NCBI GenBank assembly: GCA_013360215.1
Contig: JABWCP010000007.1
Location: 1-64,000 of the forward strand
Direction: 5' to 3'
DNA from: a bacterium
GTDB lineage: Bacteria; CLD3; SB21
Length of the DNA: 64,000 bases
Part shown: piece by piece, positions 49,644-59,351 of the stretch
Position numbering within the stretch: position 1 is the first letter of the stretch
Layout: every line of letters starts with the position of its first letter
Notes under the pieces: generated by a model
Told to the model about the DNA's origin: nothing
The model's database searches: none
What the model saw: the letters and a program-made list of their open reading frames with translations, nothing else
Translations under genes and position numbers: made by a program

Positions 49644-50023
49644 TGATGTATCGCGTCGGTATTATCATTTTCATGCTAGCAACGGCGTGCGGAGCGCAGG
49701 ATAGTTTTCGTTCTGTCAATTCGGATACGCTCAACCAATTGCTAAAAGACAAACCGGGCGTTTTGCTGGATGTGCGCACAGCCGGTGAATTCTCAGCCGG
49801 CCATTTGAAGGAGGCTGTGTTATTGGACTTTATGAAGCCGGAATTTGAATCCGAATTGGAAAAATTGGATAAATCCGCGACGTATTATGTGTATTGCCGG
49901 AGCGGAAACCGCAGCGCTAAAGCGGCTTTGCTTATGAATCAAAAAGGATTTCAATCGGTATATAATGTCGCTGACGGAATGATCGGTATTGTGAAAACGA
50001 TGCCGGATCAGGTTGTTCGTTGA
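49643..50023 (+). CDS. Rhodanese-domain lipoprotein
   Basis: Lipobox-like LATAC, LLDVRT..GHL, YCRSGNRS; TAATG coupling to arsR. Confidence 0.85.
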   Translation: MMYRVGIIIFMLATACGAQDSFRSVNSDTLNQLLKDKPGVLLDVRTAGEFSAGHLKEAVLLDFMKPEFESELEKLDKSATYYVYCRSGNRSAKAALLMNQKGFQSVYNVADGMIGIVKTMPDQVVR

Positions 50024-50168
50024 ATCCGGGTATAAAAATTTAGACTGCACAGTTCTCAAAAAAGATAGTTTTGATATTTTCTTTCGATTTAATTTTGGCT
50101 TCGTGTAACACGTCAGACAAGTCCGTTTTTTATTTTAAACATTATCTCTTAACACGGAGAAGTTTTCT

Positions 50169-50609
50169 TTGGCCGGATATTCAGGTACGCCTTTAGTAAA
50201 AAAAATAGGTATCAAAGAAGGCTATTCAGTTGCCTGGGTTGATGCGCCTGCGACATTGAAGACGTTAATTGAACCGCTTCCGGAAAAAGTTCGCCTGACA
50301 CGTAAAGTCGTAGCGGACCATGATTGCGTCCATTGGTTTACCAAGTCGGCCGATAGTTTGGAGATTGAACTTCCAAAGCTTAAGAAAAAAATCAAAGATT
50401 CGGGGATGATATGGGTTTCTTGGCCTAAAAAATCATCCGGTGTTCGTACCGATATTACGGAGGATATGATTCGTGAATGTGCACGCCGCAACGGATTGGT
50501 CGATGTCAAAGTGTGCGCGGTGGACGATGTGTGGTCCGGTCTGAAATTGGTCATTCCGGTGAAAGACAGAACGTCGCTGACGAAAAAAAACAAATCACCT
50601 AAATTGTAA
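50169..50609 (+). CDS. DUF3052-like protein
   Basis: MAGYSGTPL.KK.GIK..WVSWPKK..GLVDVKVCAVD..WSGLK. Confidence 0.85.
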   Translation: MAGYSGTPLVKKIGIKEGYSVAWVDAPATLKTLIEPLPEKVRLTRKVVADHDCVHWFTKSADSLEIELPKLKKKIKDSGMIWVSWPKKSSGVRTDITEDMIRECARRNGLVDVKVCAVDDVWSGLKLVIPVKDRTSLTKKNKSPKL

Positions 50610-50629
50610 ACCCATTTTCGGAGAAAGCC

Positions 50630-51616
50630 ATGAAACTTGTATTGCGTATTGTCGCCGGTTTGTTTGGGCTATTTATTTTGGCAATCATTGGCGGATATGT
50701 ATATCTCAAAACTGCGCTGCCGAATGCGGGTCCCGTGCCGCAGATCACGATCGCATCGTCATCGGAGCAAATTGAACGCGGAAAATATTTAGCCAATCAC
50801 GTAGCGGTATGTACGGATTGCCATTCGCAACGCGACTATTCATTTTTCGCAGGGCCGCTCAAACCGGAAACATTTGGCGCCGGCGGCGAAGAATTTCCCG
50901 AATCTATGGGTTTTCCCGGTACATTATACGCGCACAATATTACGCCGGCCGGTTTAAAAAGTTGGACGGACGGAGAAATCTTTCATGCGCTCACGACAGG
51001 TATTCGGAAAAACGGAGAACCGATTTTTCCGCTAATGCCGTGGCATCGTTATGCGACGAGCGATAAAGAAGATATTCTTTCGATCATTGCGTACATCAAA
51101 ACATTGAAGCCGATCGAAAATCAAGTGCCGGAAACGCGGCTCAACTTCCCTCTCAACCTGATCGTTCGCACCATGCCCAAAGCACCTGCATTCGTGACGC
51201 GTCCGGACACGACAGATGAAGTCGCATACGGTAAGTATTTGGCCAATATGGCAGCCTGCGCGGATTGTCATACGATGACCAAAAAAGGTGAACCGTTGCC
51301 CGGAATGGATTTCGCGGGCGGATTTCAATTTAAAATGCCGCAAGGAGTTTTGCGTTCTGCCAATATCACGCCCGACGAAAAAACAGGCATAGGTTCATGG
51401 ACGCGGGAACAATTCATTAATCGTTTTAAAACGTATACTCAGGAATCAGCCCAACGTATTCCGGTACCTGAGCCTTATACGGAAACCCAGTTTCAAACGA
51501 TCATGCCGTGGATCATGTATGCCGGGATGACGGAAAAAGATTTGGGTGCAATTTATGCATATCTTCGCTCGGTCAAAGCGGTTGATCATCCCGTGAAGAA
51601 ATTTACGGTGAACTAA
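50630..51616 (+). CDS. Membrane-anchored diheme cytochrome c
   Basis: RGKYL..CTDCH and YGKYL..CADCH; NITP and MPW in both halves. Confidence 0.9.
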   Translation: MKLVLRIVAGLFGLFILAIIGGYVYLKTALPNAGPVPQITIASSSEQIERGKYLANHVAVCTDCHSQRDYSFFAGPLKPETFGAGGEEFPESMGFPGTLYAHNITPAGLKSWTDGEIFHALTTGIRKNGEPIFPLMPWHRYATSDKEDILSIIAYIKTLKPIENQVPETRLNFPLNLIVRTMPKAPAFVTRPDTTDEVAYGKYLANMAACADCHTMTKKGEPLPGMDFAGGFQFKMPQGVLRSANITPDEKTGIGSWTREQFINRFKTYTQESAQRIPVPEPYTETQFQTIMPWIMYAGMTEKDLGAIYAYLRSVKAVDHPVKKFTVN

Positions 51617-51667
51617 CGAAGGGGCAATCGTTTCTAAAAATTGATTGATCGCTGAGACGACGAAACA

Positions 51668-51710
51668 AAAAACCGGAAAAGATTTATTCTTTTCCGGTTT
51701 ATTTTTTTTA
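51668..51710. terminator. Bidirectional intrinsic terminator
   Basis: AAACCGGAAA..TTTCCGGTTT with A-run before and T-run after, between convergent genes. Confidence 0.75.
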
Positions 51711-51742
51711 TTTGAGATCAGTAAAGTATTAAAACATCGAAA

Positions 51743-52762
51743 CTACCCGCGCACGCGTCGCGCCACTTCTTTTCCAAATTCTTTTGTGCCGTATGTCGTA
51801 TCTTTGCGAATGTCCGGCGTGACGATTTTTCCTTCTTTGATCACGTTTTTGACGGCCGTTTCCACGCGGCGTGCGGCCTCAAATTCGCCCAGATATTCCA
51901 GCATCATCATACCGGCCATGATCACGGCCGTCGGATTGGCGATATTTTTTCCGGCGATGTCCGGAGCGCTACCGTGCACGGCTTCAAAGATGGCGGCGCT
52001 TTTTCCGATATTGGCACCGGGGGTCAGGCCCAGTCCGCCCACGAGACCTGCGGCGAGATCGGAGAGAATATCACCGAAAAGGTTAGTCGTCACGAACACA
52101 TCGAATTGCGTCGGATCCATCACCATTTTCATCGCGCATGCGTCAATAATCACATCATTAAATTCGACATCGGGATATTCTTTGGCGATTTCTTTTCCGA
52201 TTTCAAGAAATAAACCCGTCGTTGCTTTGAGGATGTTGGCTTTATGAACGAGCGTGACACGTTTGCGTTTGTTTTTTCGTGCGTATTCGAATGCATAACG
52301 AATACAACGCTCCGATTCGTGACGGGTAATAATAGCCGTACTTTCTGCGGCAATCACTTTGCCGTCCACCTTGATGGAGTGCTCGACACCGGCGTAGAGA
52401 CCTTCGGTGTTTTCACGCACCATGAGGATATTGACATTCTGATAGCGGGTTTCAATGCCTTCGAAAGATACTGCCGGGCGAACGTTGGCGTAGAGTTCAA
52501 ATTCCTGACGCATAGCCACATTGACGCTGCGATAACCGCCGCCGACGGGTGTGGTGAGCGGACCTTTGAAAGCAACGCGATTTTTGCGAATGGAATCCAG
52601 CGTTTCAAACGGAATGGGCGAATCAAATTTTTCTACGGCCGCCATGCCGGCAAGGCGCGTATCCCAATTAAATTTAACGCCCGTCGCTTCGACGACTTCA
52701 ACGGCGGCTTCCATGATCGACGGGCCGATGCCATCGCCCGGAATAAGTGTCACATGATACAT
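51743..52762 (-). CDS. idh: Isocitrate/isopropylmalate dehydrogenase family, NAD-IDH-like
   Basis: IPGDGIGP, YANVRP, RENTEG, VHKANI, GDILSD, EAVHGSAPDIAG. Confidence 0.8.
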   Translation of the reverse strand: MYHVTLIPGDGIGPSIMEAAVEVVEATGVKFNWDTRLAGMAAVEKFDSPIPFETLDSIRKNRVAFKGPLTTPVGGGYRSVNVAMRQEFELYANVRPAVSFEGIETRYQNVNILMVRENTEGLYAGVEHSIKVDGKVIAAESTAIITRHESERCIRYAFEYARKNKRKRVTLVHKANILKATTGLFLEIGKEIAKEYPDVEFNDVIIDACAMKMVMDPTQFDVFVTTNLFGDILSDLAAGLVGGLGLTPGANIGKSAAIFEAVHGSAPDIAGKNIANPTAVIMAGMMMLEYLGEFEAARRVETAVKNVIKEGKIVTPDIRKDTTYGTKEFGKEVARRVRG

Positions 52763-52790
52763 TTATAATTCTCCTGATTTATGATAGGTT

Positions 52791-53531
52791 TTAAGATTGG
52801 GGCTGCATGATCGCTTCGGCTTCACGCAGTTGTTCGATGGTGTTAATCCCGGAAATTTCACGAAAATTATCCGTCGGATAAGCGCAGACTTTTTGCCCTG
52901 CATCAATAAAAATTTTGATTACATCCGGAAGATAATATTCGTTTTGCGCATTACTATTGGTGATTTTTTTGAGCGCGGCAAAGAGTGCCTGCGACTGGAA
53001 CATATATATACCGGAGTTGATTTCGTTGATGCGTCGCTCTTCGTCCGATGCATCTTTGTGTTCGACGATTTTACGAACGCGACCATCTTCGTGACGGAGC
53101 ACACGTCCGTATCCCGTCGGATCGGGCATGGTCGCGGTGAGCACGGAAGCCACCGCACTTTCGGATTGGTGCAATCGGATCAGTTTTCGCATCGTCGCTT
53201 CGGTCAAAACAGGGACATCACCGGACAAAACTAAAACATCGCCGTGATCATTTTGCAGTAACGATTCCGTTTGCATCACGGCATGACCCGTACCAAGTTG
53301 CGGCTCCTGCACCGCAAATTCGATCTTTTCATCCGCGAGCGCTTCGCGCACCCGTTCTTTTTGATGTCCGATGATGGCGATCACGCGATCGGAGCCCAAG
53401 GTACGCGCTAAAGCGATCACATAATGAATCATCGGCCGACCGTGCAAGGGGTGCAACACTTTGGCAAGATCGGATTTCATGCGTGTGCCTTTTCCCGCGG
53501 CCATAATAACGGTTGTAAATCGGCTGTTCAT
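52791..53531 (-). CDS. Stand-alone sugar-phosphate nucleotidyltransferase (GlmU N-terminal domain only)
   Basis: MAAGKGTRMKS, QLGTGHAV, GDVP, GYGR, EINSG, EYYL.D; no left-handed beta-helix. Confidence 0.88.
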   Translation of the reverse strand: MNSRFTTVIMAAGKGTRMKSDLAKVLHPLHGRPMIHYVIALARTLGSDRVIAIIGHQKERVREALADEKIEFAVQEPQLGTGHAVMQTESLLQNDHGDVLVLSGDVPVLTEATMRKLIRLHQSESAVASVLTATMPDPTGYGRVLRHEDGRVRKIVEHKDASDEERRINEINSGIYMFQSQALFAALKKITNSNAQNEYYLPDVIKIFIDAGQKVCAYPTDNFREISGINTIEQLREAEAIMQPQS

Positions 53532-53537
53532 AATTCC

Positions 53538-54389
53538 TTATACGGTAATAATGATATTATCAATCAGTCTTGTTTTACCAAGGTACGCGGCCACGGCGAT
53601 CAATGTACGACCTTGGATAACCTCACGTTTAGCGAGCGACCCCGCCTCGACCATGGCGATATAATCTTTTCGCACCAGAGGATAACGTGCAAAAATGGAT
53701 TCCATATGCGTACGGATAACATCCACATTTCTTTCACCGTTACGAATCAAGGATTCGGCTTCGCGTAAGGCTTCATTCAGAGCCAAAGCCTGACGGCGTT
53801 CATCGGCGTTGAGGTAAACATTGCGGCTGCTCATCGCAAGGCCGTCTTGTTCACGGCGTATTGGCGCCATGATCAGAGCGACATCCATGTGGAGATCGCG
53901 CGTCATTCGCTCAATGATAAAAAATTGTTGTGCGTCTTTCTGACCAAAGACGGCCGTATCGGGTCGTACGATCGAAAAAAGTTTTGCTACGACGGTCGTC
54001 ACTCCGCGAAAATGAGTAGGGCGAGAAATGCCACACATAACCGTACCCATCGCGCCGACATCCACCATCGTCGTCGCGTCCGCGGAATACATAGCATCGA
54101 CCGATGGAAAAAATAATACATCCACGCCGGCCGTTTCGGCCATCGCTCGGTCGCGTTCCAGATCGCGCGGGTATTTTTCAAAATCTTCGTTGGGACCAAA
54201 TTGGGTAGGATTGACAAAAATACTCATGACCACGCGATCGCATTTTCCTTCGGTGCGTGCCAGCGAGACCAAACTTAAATGCCCTTGGTGCAGATAACCC
54301 ATCGTCGGCACAAAACCGACGCGGTGATTTTCTGATTTTTGTTGAGCTGTCCATGCGCGCATGGCCGACGGTGATGTAATGATCGTCAT
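53538..54389 (-). CDS. panC: Pantoate-beta-alanine ligase
   Basis: VPTMGYLHQGH, SIFVNPTQF, FGQKD, AMSSRN, RLIDN. Confidence 0.97.
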   Translation of the reverse strand: MTIITSPSAMRAWTAQQKSENHRVGFVPTMGYLHQGHLSLVSLARTEGKCDRVVMSIFVNPTQFGPNEDFEKYPRDLERDRAMAETAGVDVLFFPSVDAMYSADATTMVDVGAMGTVMCGISRPTHFRGVTTVVAKLFSIVRPDTAVFGQKDAQQFFIIERMTRDLHMDVALIMAPIRREQDGLAMSSRNVYLNADERRQALALNEALREAESLIRNGERNVDVIRTHMESIFARYPLVRKDYIAMVEAGSLAKREVIQGRTLIAVAAYLGKTRLIDNIIITV

Positions 54390-55396
54390 GAGTTGGAATC
54401 GGATTCCGTGATTTCACCGGCAATGGACGTATTAAAATTACTCCGTACACGTCCGACATGACCGTCAAATTGGCCGAGCAAATACATTGCTTTGATAATA
54501 GCGGCTTCCGATGTCATATCGCCGCACGAAACGGCGCCGGCCATCAACGCTTCTTTACCGCAATCATAAAGATTGAGATCTATACCGCCGCTGATGCATT
54601 GACTTGCGATGGCTACCATTTTACCGGTTTCGGTTGTTTTTTTAATAAAGGGGATGACGGAATTTTCGAGCGTAGGTACGTTACCGGAACCAAAGGCTTC
54701 GAGAATAAATACTTTCGCTGATGTTTGAGCCAATCCGTCCAAAAGTGCTGCATTCATACCCGGAAAGAGGCGGATACTGATCACGTCCCGGCCAAAAGCC
54801 GTATCAAATCGTAACATACCTGAAGGTGAACGTAAAAGGTTTTCATGAATTTCGATATGAAGGCCTACGTCCGCCAACGTACCAAAGTTCGGAGAAACGA
54901 AAGCATCGAATTCATCAATTGAAATTTTTTTAGATCGGTTACCGCGAAAAAGTTTGTAATCAAAAAAAACGCATACTTCGGGGATAGGATAGGTTGCCAA
55001 TTCAATCGCATTGATCAGATTGTTTTTGGCGTCCGTGCGAATGGCGGATAACGGGCGCTGGGATCCCGTGAGTATCACGGGTTTGGCAAGATTGGACAGC
55101 ATATAGGACAAAGCGCTGGCCGTATAACTCATGGTATCCGTGCCGTGAATAATGACGAACCCGTCGTACGCGTCCATGTTGTCCCAAATAATGCGACCGA
55201 GCGTCACCCAATGTTCCGGTGAAAGATTGGAACTGTCCATGCTAAAGGAGCTGAAAAAATCTACATCAGCGATGTCCCGTACGCCGGGGATATGCCGAAA
55301 TACTTCATCCGCAAATTGTTCGTGCGGCAACGGAGCGGGATATCCGAATTTCATTCCCATCGTTCCGCCGGTATGTATTAATAATATCTTTTTCAT
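54386..55396 (-). CDS. ansA: L-asparaginase type I
   Basis: HTGGT, DSS, HGTDTMSY, TGSQ, RGNR..K, FGSGN; start moved to Met22. Confidence 0.9.
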   Translation of the reverse strand: MKKILLIHTGGTMGMKFGYPAPLPHEQFADEVFRHIPGVRDIADVDFFSSFSMDSSNLSPEHWVTLGRIIWDNMDAYDGFVIIHGTDTMSYTASALSYMLSNLAKPVILTGSQRPLSAIRTDAKNNLINAIELATYPIPEVCVFFDYKLFRGNRSKKISIDEFDAFVSPNFGTLADVGLHIEIHENLLRSPSGMLRFDTAFGRDVISIRLFPGMNAALLDGLAQTSAKVFILEAFGSGNVPTLENSVIPFIKKTTETGKMVAIASQCISGGIDLNLYDCGKEALMAGAVSCGDMTSEAAIIKAMYLLGQFDGHVGRVRSNFNTSIAGEITESDSNS

Positions 55397-55614
55397 AAAA
55401 GCCCGCGAATCTAAGTGAAATCGGAGACTTTGGCAAACGAATTTGAGCATGTGATCCAAAAAAAGCGGTTAGCCCATGCTGCCGGATTTGGCGGAAAAAG
55501 GGTATGTAAAAAAATATTAAGTTTTTCCTTGCATTTACTTGCCATTTTGTATAGTATCGCTGCGCTTAAAGAAGAAATTGTTTTTAATACGATTGAGCCA
55601 TAAAGGAGCGAGTC

Positions 55615-55806
55615 ATGAAACGTTGTGATGTGTGCGGCAAAAGCCCGATGTACGGCAACAATGTGAGCCATGCCAATAACCGTACCAAACGCCGTTGGCT
55701 TCCGAATCTTCAGGAAGTACGCGCTAAAATGAATAACGGTGCTGTTAAACGCGTTAAAGTTTGCACCCAATGCATCAAATCAGGAAAAGTAGCTAAAGCA
55801 GCGTAA
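55615..55806 (+). CDS. rpmB: 50S ribosomal protein L28
   Basis: [30 protein letters not shown]. Confidence 0.97.
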   Translation: MKRCDVCGKSPMYGNNVSHANNRTKRRWLPNLQEVRAKMNNGAVKRVKVCTQCIKSGKVAKAA

Positions 55807-55839
55807 TTTTCTCGATTTCGGGTTTATCCCAAAAAATGT

Positions 55840-55878
55840 AAAAGCGTCGTCCCCATCACGGCGCTTTTTTATTTTTAT
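55840..55878 (+). terminator. Intrinsic terminator after rpmB
   Basis: AAAAGCGTCGT-loop-ACGGCGCTTTT then T-run. Confidence 0.75.
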
Positions 55879-56048
55879 TGAAAAAAAACGTTTCATCGTT
55901 TAGTTTCGTCACGTTCATTATCAAGTTTTCATAGTAACCCTTTCATAAAAATTTACTTCATTGTGCCGTCATACTCGGTTCGGTGTGTCGGTGCGAAAAA
56001 TCGTCTGTCAGTTACATAAATTATCAATTCAATCGAAGGGAGTGCCTG

Positions 56049-57179
56049 ATGTACCGATGGCTCTTTTTGTTGGTGTGGTGTGCGCCGATGGCGGCTTTCA
56101 CACAAGCTTTTGTGCCGGTCACCCGTATGCCCCAAACATGGATCAATACGCTATCGCTATCAAGCGGGTTTGAATACAATACGTGGAGCCCCTATAAAGC
56201 GGACGAACTTCGTTATACGATTGAAGGCTTTCAAATCGGATACTTGCGCGGCGAGATAGATCATAATGTGCCGATGGTGCCAAATCTGAATTTTTCGTGG
56301 GAAACCAATTTTGGCGGAAAAAAACAAAATGAGCTGATGCAGGCTCAGAATAGCACGTCCAAGCTGGAGCAAGGGTATGAGAAATTGCACACGGCATTGG
56401 AATTTGGAAAAAAGAAAATCTACAACGATGCCGGCCAAGTTATCAATACAATGGCTAATTGGGAGTTGACCTATACTAAAGAAACATTTTACATAGCTGT
56501 CAGCCCCAAGTCGTCGGATTTGAGATATGCGGCGTACTACTCCGATGCTGTTTATAATTTTCCTCAGGGTACGAAGTATTCGATGTTTACCAAATTTCAG
56601 GAAATTGGTTTGACGGCGTACACCGGCGGAGAATCGTATTTTATGATGATATTTACCGGTCTATTTGGCGGCGGCTCCGGCAGTGTGCAGAAATTTGGTA
56701 AAGACACGGAGACGCGTTTTGGTTTTTATTACGCCACATTTCAAAAGCCGTATATGGTTTCTCAAGTTCTTTCCGGGGGTACGAATAACGGAGAATCGGC
56801 GACGGTTTATAATACGCGGTTTAAGTCGTATGGTATTAAAGAAGAAATAAAGTTTGACGGCAAAGGGGGGTATTTTAATTTCACACAAAAATTGGGACTG
56901 GTGACAGTCAATCTCCGTAAGGGAACGGAATTGGAAGATTCGGAGAGTCCGTTGTTTTTCCATTATGCGATCGGTTTGGAAGGCGGGCTACGCATACAGA
57001 TGGATCGTTTTCACCTGTTGTTGGGTGCGTCGGGGGAATACGGGTTCATGCTTGGCGGTACGTACAATGAAGAAGAGGAAAATGATACCACCGGAGAAGA
57101 GGGCAAAATAAAAACGACAAGTTTTATTAATAACGATCTTCTGATCAAATACCGCGGCGTAATACAATATTATTTCTAA
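56049..57179 (+). CDS. Hypothetical exported, probably outer-membrane beta-barrel protein
   Basis: Signal peptide, Tyr/Phe/Gly-rich strands, C-terminal YRGVIQYYF; start moved to Met23. Confidence 0.6.
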   Translation: MYRWLFLLVWCAPMAAFTQAFVPVTRMPQTWINTLSLSSGFEYNTWSPYKADELRYTIEGFQIGYLRGEIDHNVPMVPNLNFSWETNFGGKKQNELMQAQNSTSKLEQGYEKLHTALEFGKKKIYNDAGQVINTMANWELTYTKETFYIAVSPKSSDLRYAAYYSDAVYNFPQGTKYSMFTKFQEIGLTAYTGGESYFMMIFTGLFGGGSGSVQKFGKDTETRFGFYYATFQKPYMVSQVLSGGTNNGESATVYNTRFKSYGIKEEIKFDGKGGYFNFTQKLGLVTVNLRKGTELEDSESPLFFHYAIGLEGGLRIQMDRFHLLLGASGEYGFMLGGTYNEEEENDTTGEEGKIKTTSFINNDLLIKYRGVIQYYF

Positions 57180-57189
57180 AGGATCCTTT

Positions 57190-57585
57190 ATGATAGTACG
57201 CACAGCATATATGTTGATATGGTTTAGCATGATGACGCTAACGGCGTGTGATATAGGTGAGATGTTTTCGGATGAAGGAACGGATGATTTTTTAGAATCG
57301 CAGCTTGGCGGCGGTTCCGGCGGAGACGGATCGGCAACATTTTATACGGAGATCAATTATTCCAGCTATATCTATATTTATGTGGACAATAATTATGTTG
57401 GTATGTTGACCCAATATTATAATTCAGGAAATTCACCGTCTTGTGGTGCGAATTCCGGTGGCGCAGTGACAATCACCAATGTCAGTTCGGGATCGCACAA
57501 CTGGTCAGCGTCGGATGGCTCTTACTCTTGGTCAGGAACCTTTTACGTGTCCGATAACACGTGCTCAAAAATTAAGATACAATAA
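57190..57585 (+). CDS. Hypothetical lipoprotein
   Basis: LTAC lipobox, Gly/Ser linker, small beta domain with two Cys. Confidence 0.7.
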   Translation: MIVRTAYMLIWFSMMTLTACDIGEMFSDEGTDDFLESQLGGGSGGDGSATFYTEINYSSYIYIYVDNNYVGMLTQYYNSGNSPSCGANSGGAVTITNVSSGSHNWSASDGSYSWSGTFYVSDNTCSKIKIQ

Positions 57586-57620
57586 ACGTTAACTAAGTAT
57601 TTTTACGTAATTCTAGTTTG

Positions 57621-57638
57621 GTGTGATAGTCGTCACAC
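57621..57638. promoter_or_regulatory. CRP-consensus palindrome (or terminator-like hairpin)
   Basis: GTGTGA-TAGTCG-TCACAC = TGTGA-N6-TCACA. Confidence 0.5.
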
Positions 57639-57723
57639 TAAGTATTTTATTAACGCATACCTTGTAATTGGTTACTCGTTATTATCATTCGGTTCATCCA
57701 TTTGAATTACTAAGGAACTCCTC

Positions 57724-58440
57724 ATGCGTCTTGCGATGAAGACCTCGATTGTTTCAGCACTAATCATGATGTCAATTTTAGCTTTGTCTTGTGCCGATGA
57801 CCAATCTGTCGATAATAATGTATCGGTAAGTTTTGCGGGTGATATACCGCCGCTATTGACTAAAGGATTAAAAAAATCCGCTTCGCATGTTACAATTGAC
57901 ACAGCCAAAATTCTTATCAAATCTATCAAATTAGGCGGTTCGGGGCCCAGCGATTCGTCTGATTTTAAAACAGGTCCTTATGTTCTTTTTATGACCGAAG
58001 GTGCATCGCTTAAAACATTAAGCGCAGCAAATGTGCCGGAAGGCGAATACGATCAGGTTAAATTTGAAATTCACCTGCCTTCACAAAACGAATCTGTTCC
58101 GGATCCGGATTTTCGCGACGGTTCGGGAGGAAATGAAAGGTATTCTGCAGTGATTATCGGTCATTATAACGGCATTCGTTTTGTTTTCAAATCAAAAAGC
58201 ACAGTCAATGTTCAGTCCGATATTTCACCTTCCGTTATCGTTGCCGACAGCGTGGGCACAGCTAATTTGACGTTGGGAGTGAGTACGTCAATTTGGTTTA
58301 CTGACGGTGAAGTCAATCTTGATCCAACGAATACCAACGCCAGCAATGTGGCAAAGATCGAACAAAGCATCCGTAATTCGTTTTATGGATTTCGAGATAA
58401 CAATAAGGACGGTGATGCCGATGTACAGATTGAGAGGTAG
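57724..58440 (+). CDS. Hypothetical lipoprotein (DUF4382-like), paralog 1
   Basis: ALSC lipobox; AKIL, DFKTGP, GEYD.VKFEIH, DPDF, ERYS, WF, DNNKDG. Confidence 0.7.
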   Translation: MRLAMKTSIVSALIMMSILALSCADDQSVDNNVSVSFAGDIPPLLTKGLKKSASHVTIDTAKILIKSIKLGGSGPSDSSDFKTGPYVLFMTEGASLKTLSAANVPEGEYDQVKFEIHLPSQNESVPDPDFRDGSGGNERYSAVIIGHYNGIRFVFKSKSTVNVQSDISPSVIVADSVGTANLTLGVSTSIWFTDGEVNLDPTNTNASNVAKIEQSIRNSFYGFRDNNKDGDADVQIER

Positions 58441-58581
58441 AATTTGTCTGCTGTATTGCTAACGCGCAGCATTCGTATTATTATGATGCATCGTAAGTAA
58501 GTGTGTTGATAGGATCGGGGGTTTACCTGTTTACACGCAGGTGAATGTATTTCACGCTATTAAAAATGAAAAGGAGTTTGT

Positions 58582-59322
58582 ATGAAAGCGTTTCGTTTGT
58601 ACTTGTTCACCACAGTGTTTGCAGCGTTTGTTGTTTCGTGTGGTGACTCTTCATCGAAATCGTCACAAAAAGAGGGAACGACGTTGAGCATGAAAGCCGA
58701 CATGAGTATTCCTTTAGCCAAATCGGCCGCCGGTGACACAGTGACATTAGATTCGGCGAAAGTTCTGTTAAAACGTATGAAGTTTGAAAGCACTACGGAT
58801 GAAGATTCCGCTGATTTTAAAATTGGACCGTTTATCGTGCGTATTGATTTGACGGGTGGTGTAACCAATATTACCACAAGTAAAATCCCTAACGGAACGT
58901 ACGATAAAATCAAATTCAAAATTCACAAACCCGAAGACGATGAAGACATCGCCGATCCTGATTTTAAGACAGGAACATCGGATGACGAGCGCTTTTCGAT
59001 TGTGGTTTTTGGTAAATACAACAATGTTCCTTTCGTCTACAAAAGTAAAAAAGACGTAGAACAAAAATTGGACATTAATCCGCCGCTGGTAGTTTCAGAC
59101 AGTACGACAAATACCAATGCCACGTTACTTGTGACGCCGGCGGTTTGGTTTTTGAAAGACGGTCAATACCTGAATCCGAACGCCGAAAGCGATCGTGATG
59201 ATATCGATGACAATATCAAAAAGAGCTTTAAAAAAGTGTTTAAAGATAACGATCATGACGGCGATGAACACGATGATGACGATGACCACGATGATCATGA
59301 TGACGATCACGGCAATGATTAG
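58582..59322 (+). CDS. Hypothetical lipoprotein (DUF4382-like), paralog 2 with His/Asp-rich tail
   Basis: VVSC lipobox; same motifs as paralog 1; tail DNDHDGDEHDDDDDHDDHDDDHGND. Confidence 0.75.
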   Translation: MKAFRLYLFTTVFAAFVVSCGDSSSKSSQKEGTTLSMKADMSIPLAKSAAGDTVTLDSAKVLLKRMKFESTTDEDSADFKIGPFIVRIDLTGGVTNITTSKIPNGTYDKIKFKIHKPEDDEDIADPDFKTGTSDDERFSIVVFGKYNNVPFVYKSKKDVEQKLDINPPLVVSDSTTNTNATLLVTPAVWFLKDGQYLNPNAESDRDDIDDNIKKSFKKVFKDNDHDGDEHDDDDDHDDHDDDHGND

Positions 59323-59351
59323 TAATTGTTGATCGATATTTTTCCAGGTCT

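Noticed and set aside
50103-50128. TGTAAC..CGTT as an ECF promoter for DUF3052
   Set aside because: Spacer is only 14 nt
51645-52247. 200-aa plus-strand ORF after the cytochrome c gene
   Set aside because: Antisense to idh and runs through a terminator
58521-58546. Hairpin TTTACCTG..CAGGTGAA between the lipoprotein paralogs as a riboswitch or ncRNA
   Set aside because: Single short stem, no recognisable aptamer consensus and no U-tail
59245-59320. GATGAC/GATCAC short repeats as a CRISPR or VNTR
   Set aside because: In-frame low-complexity coding for the His/Asp tail; no repeat-spacer structure and no cas genes
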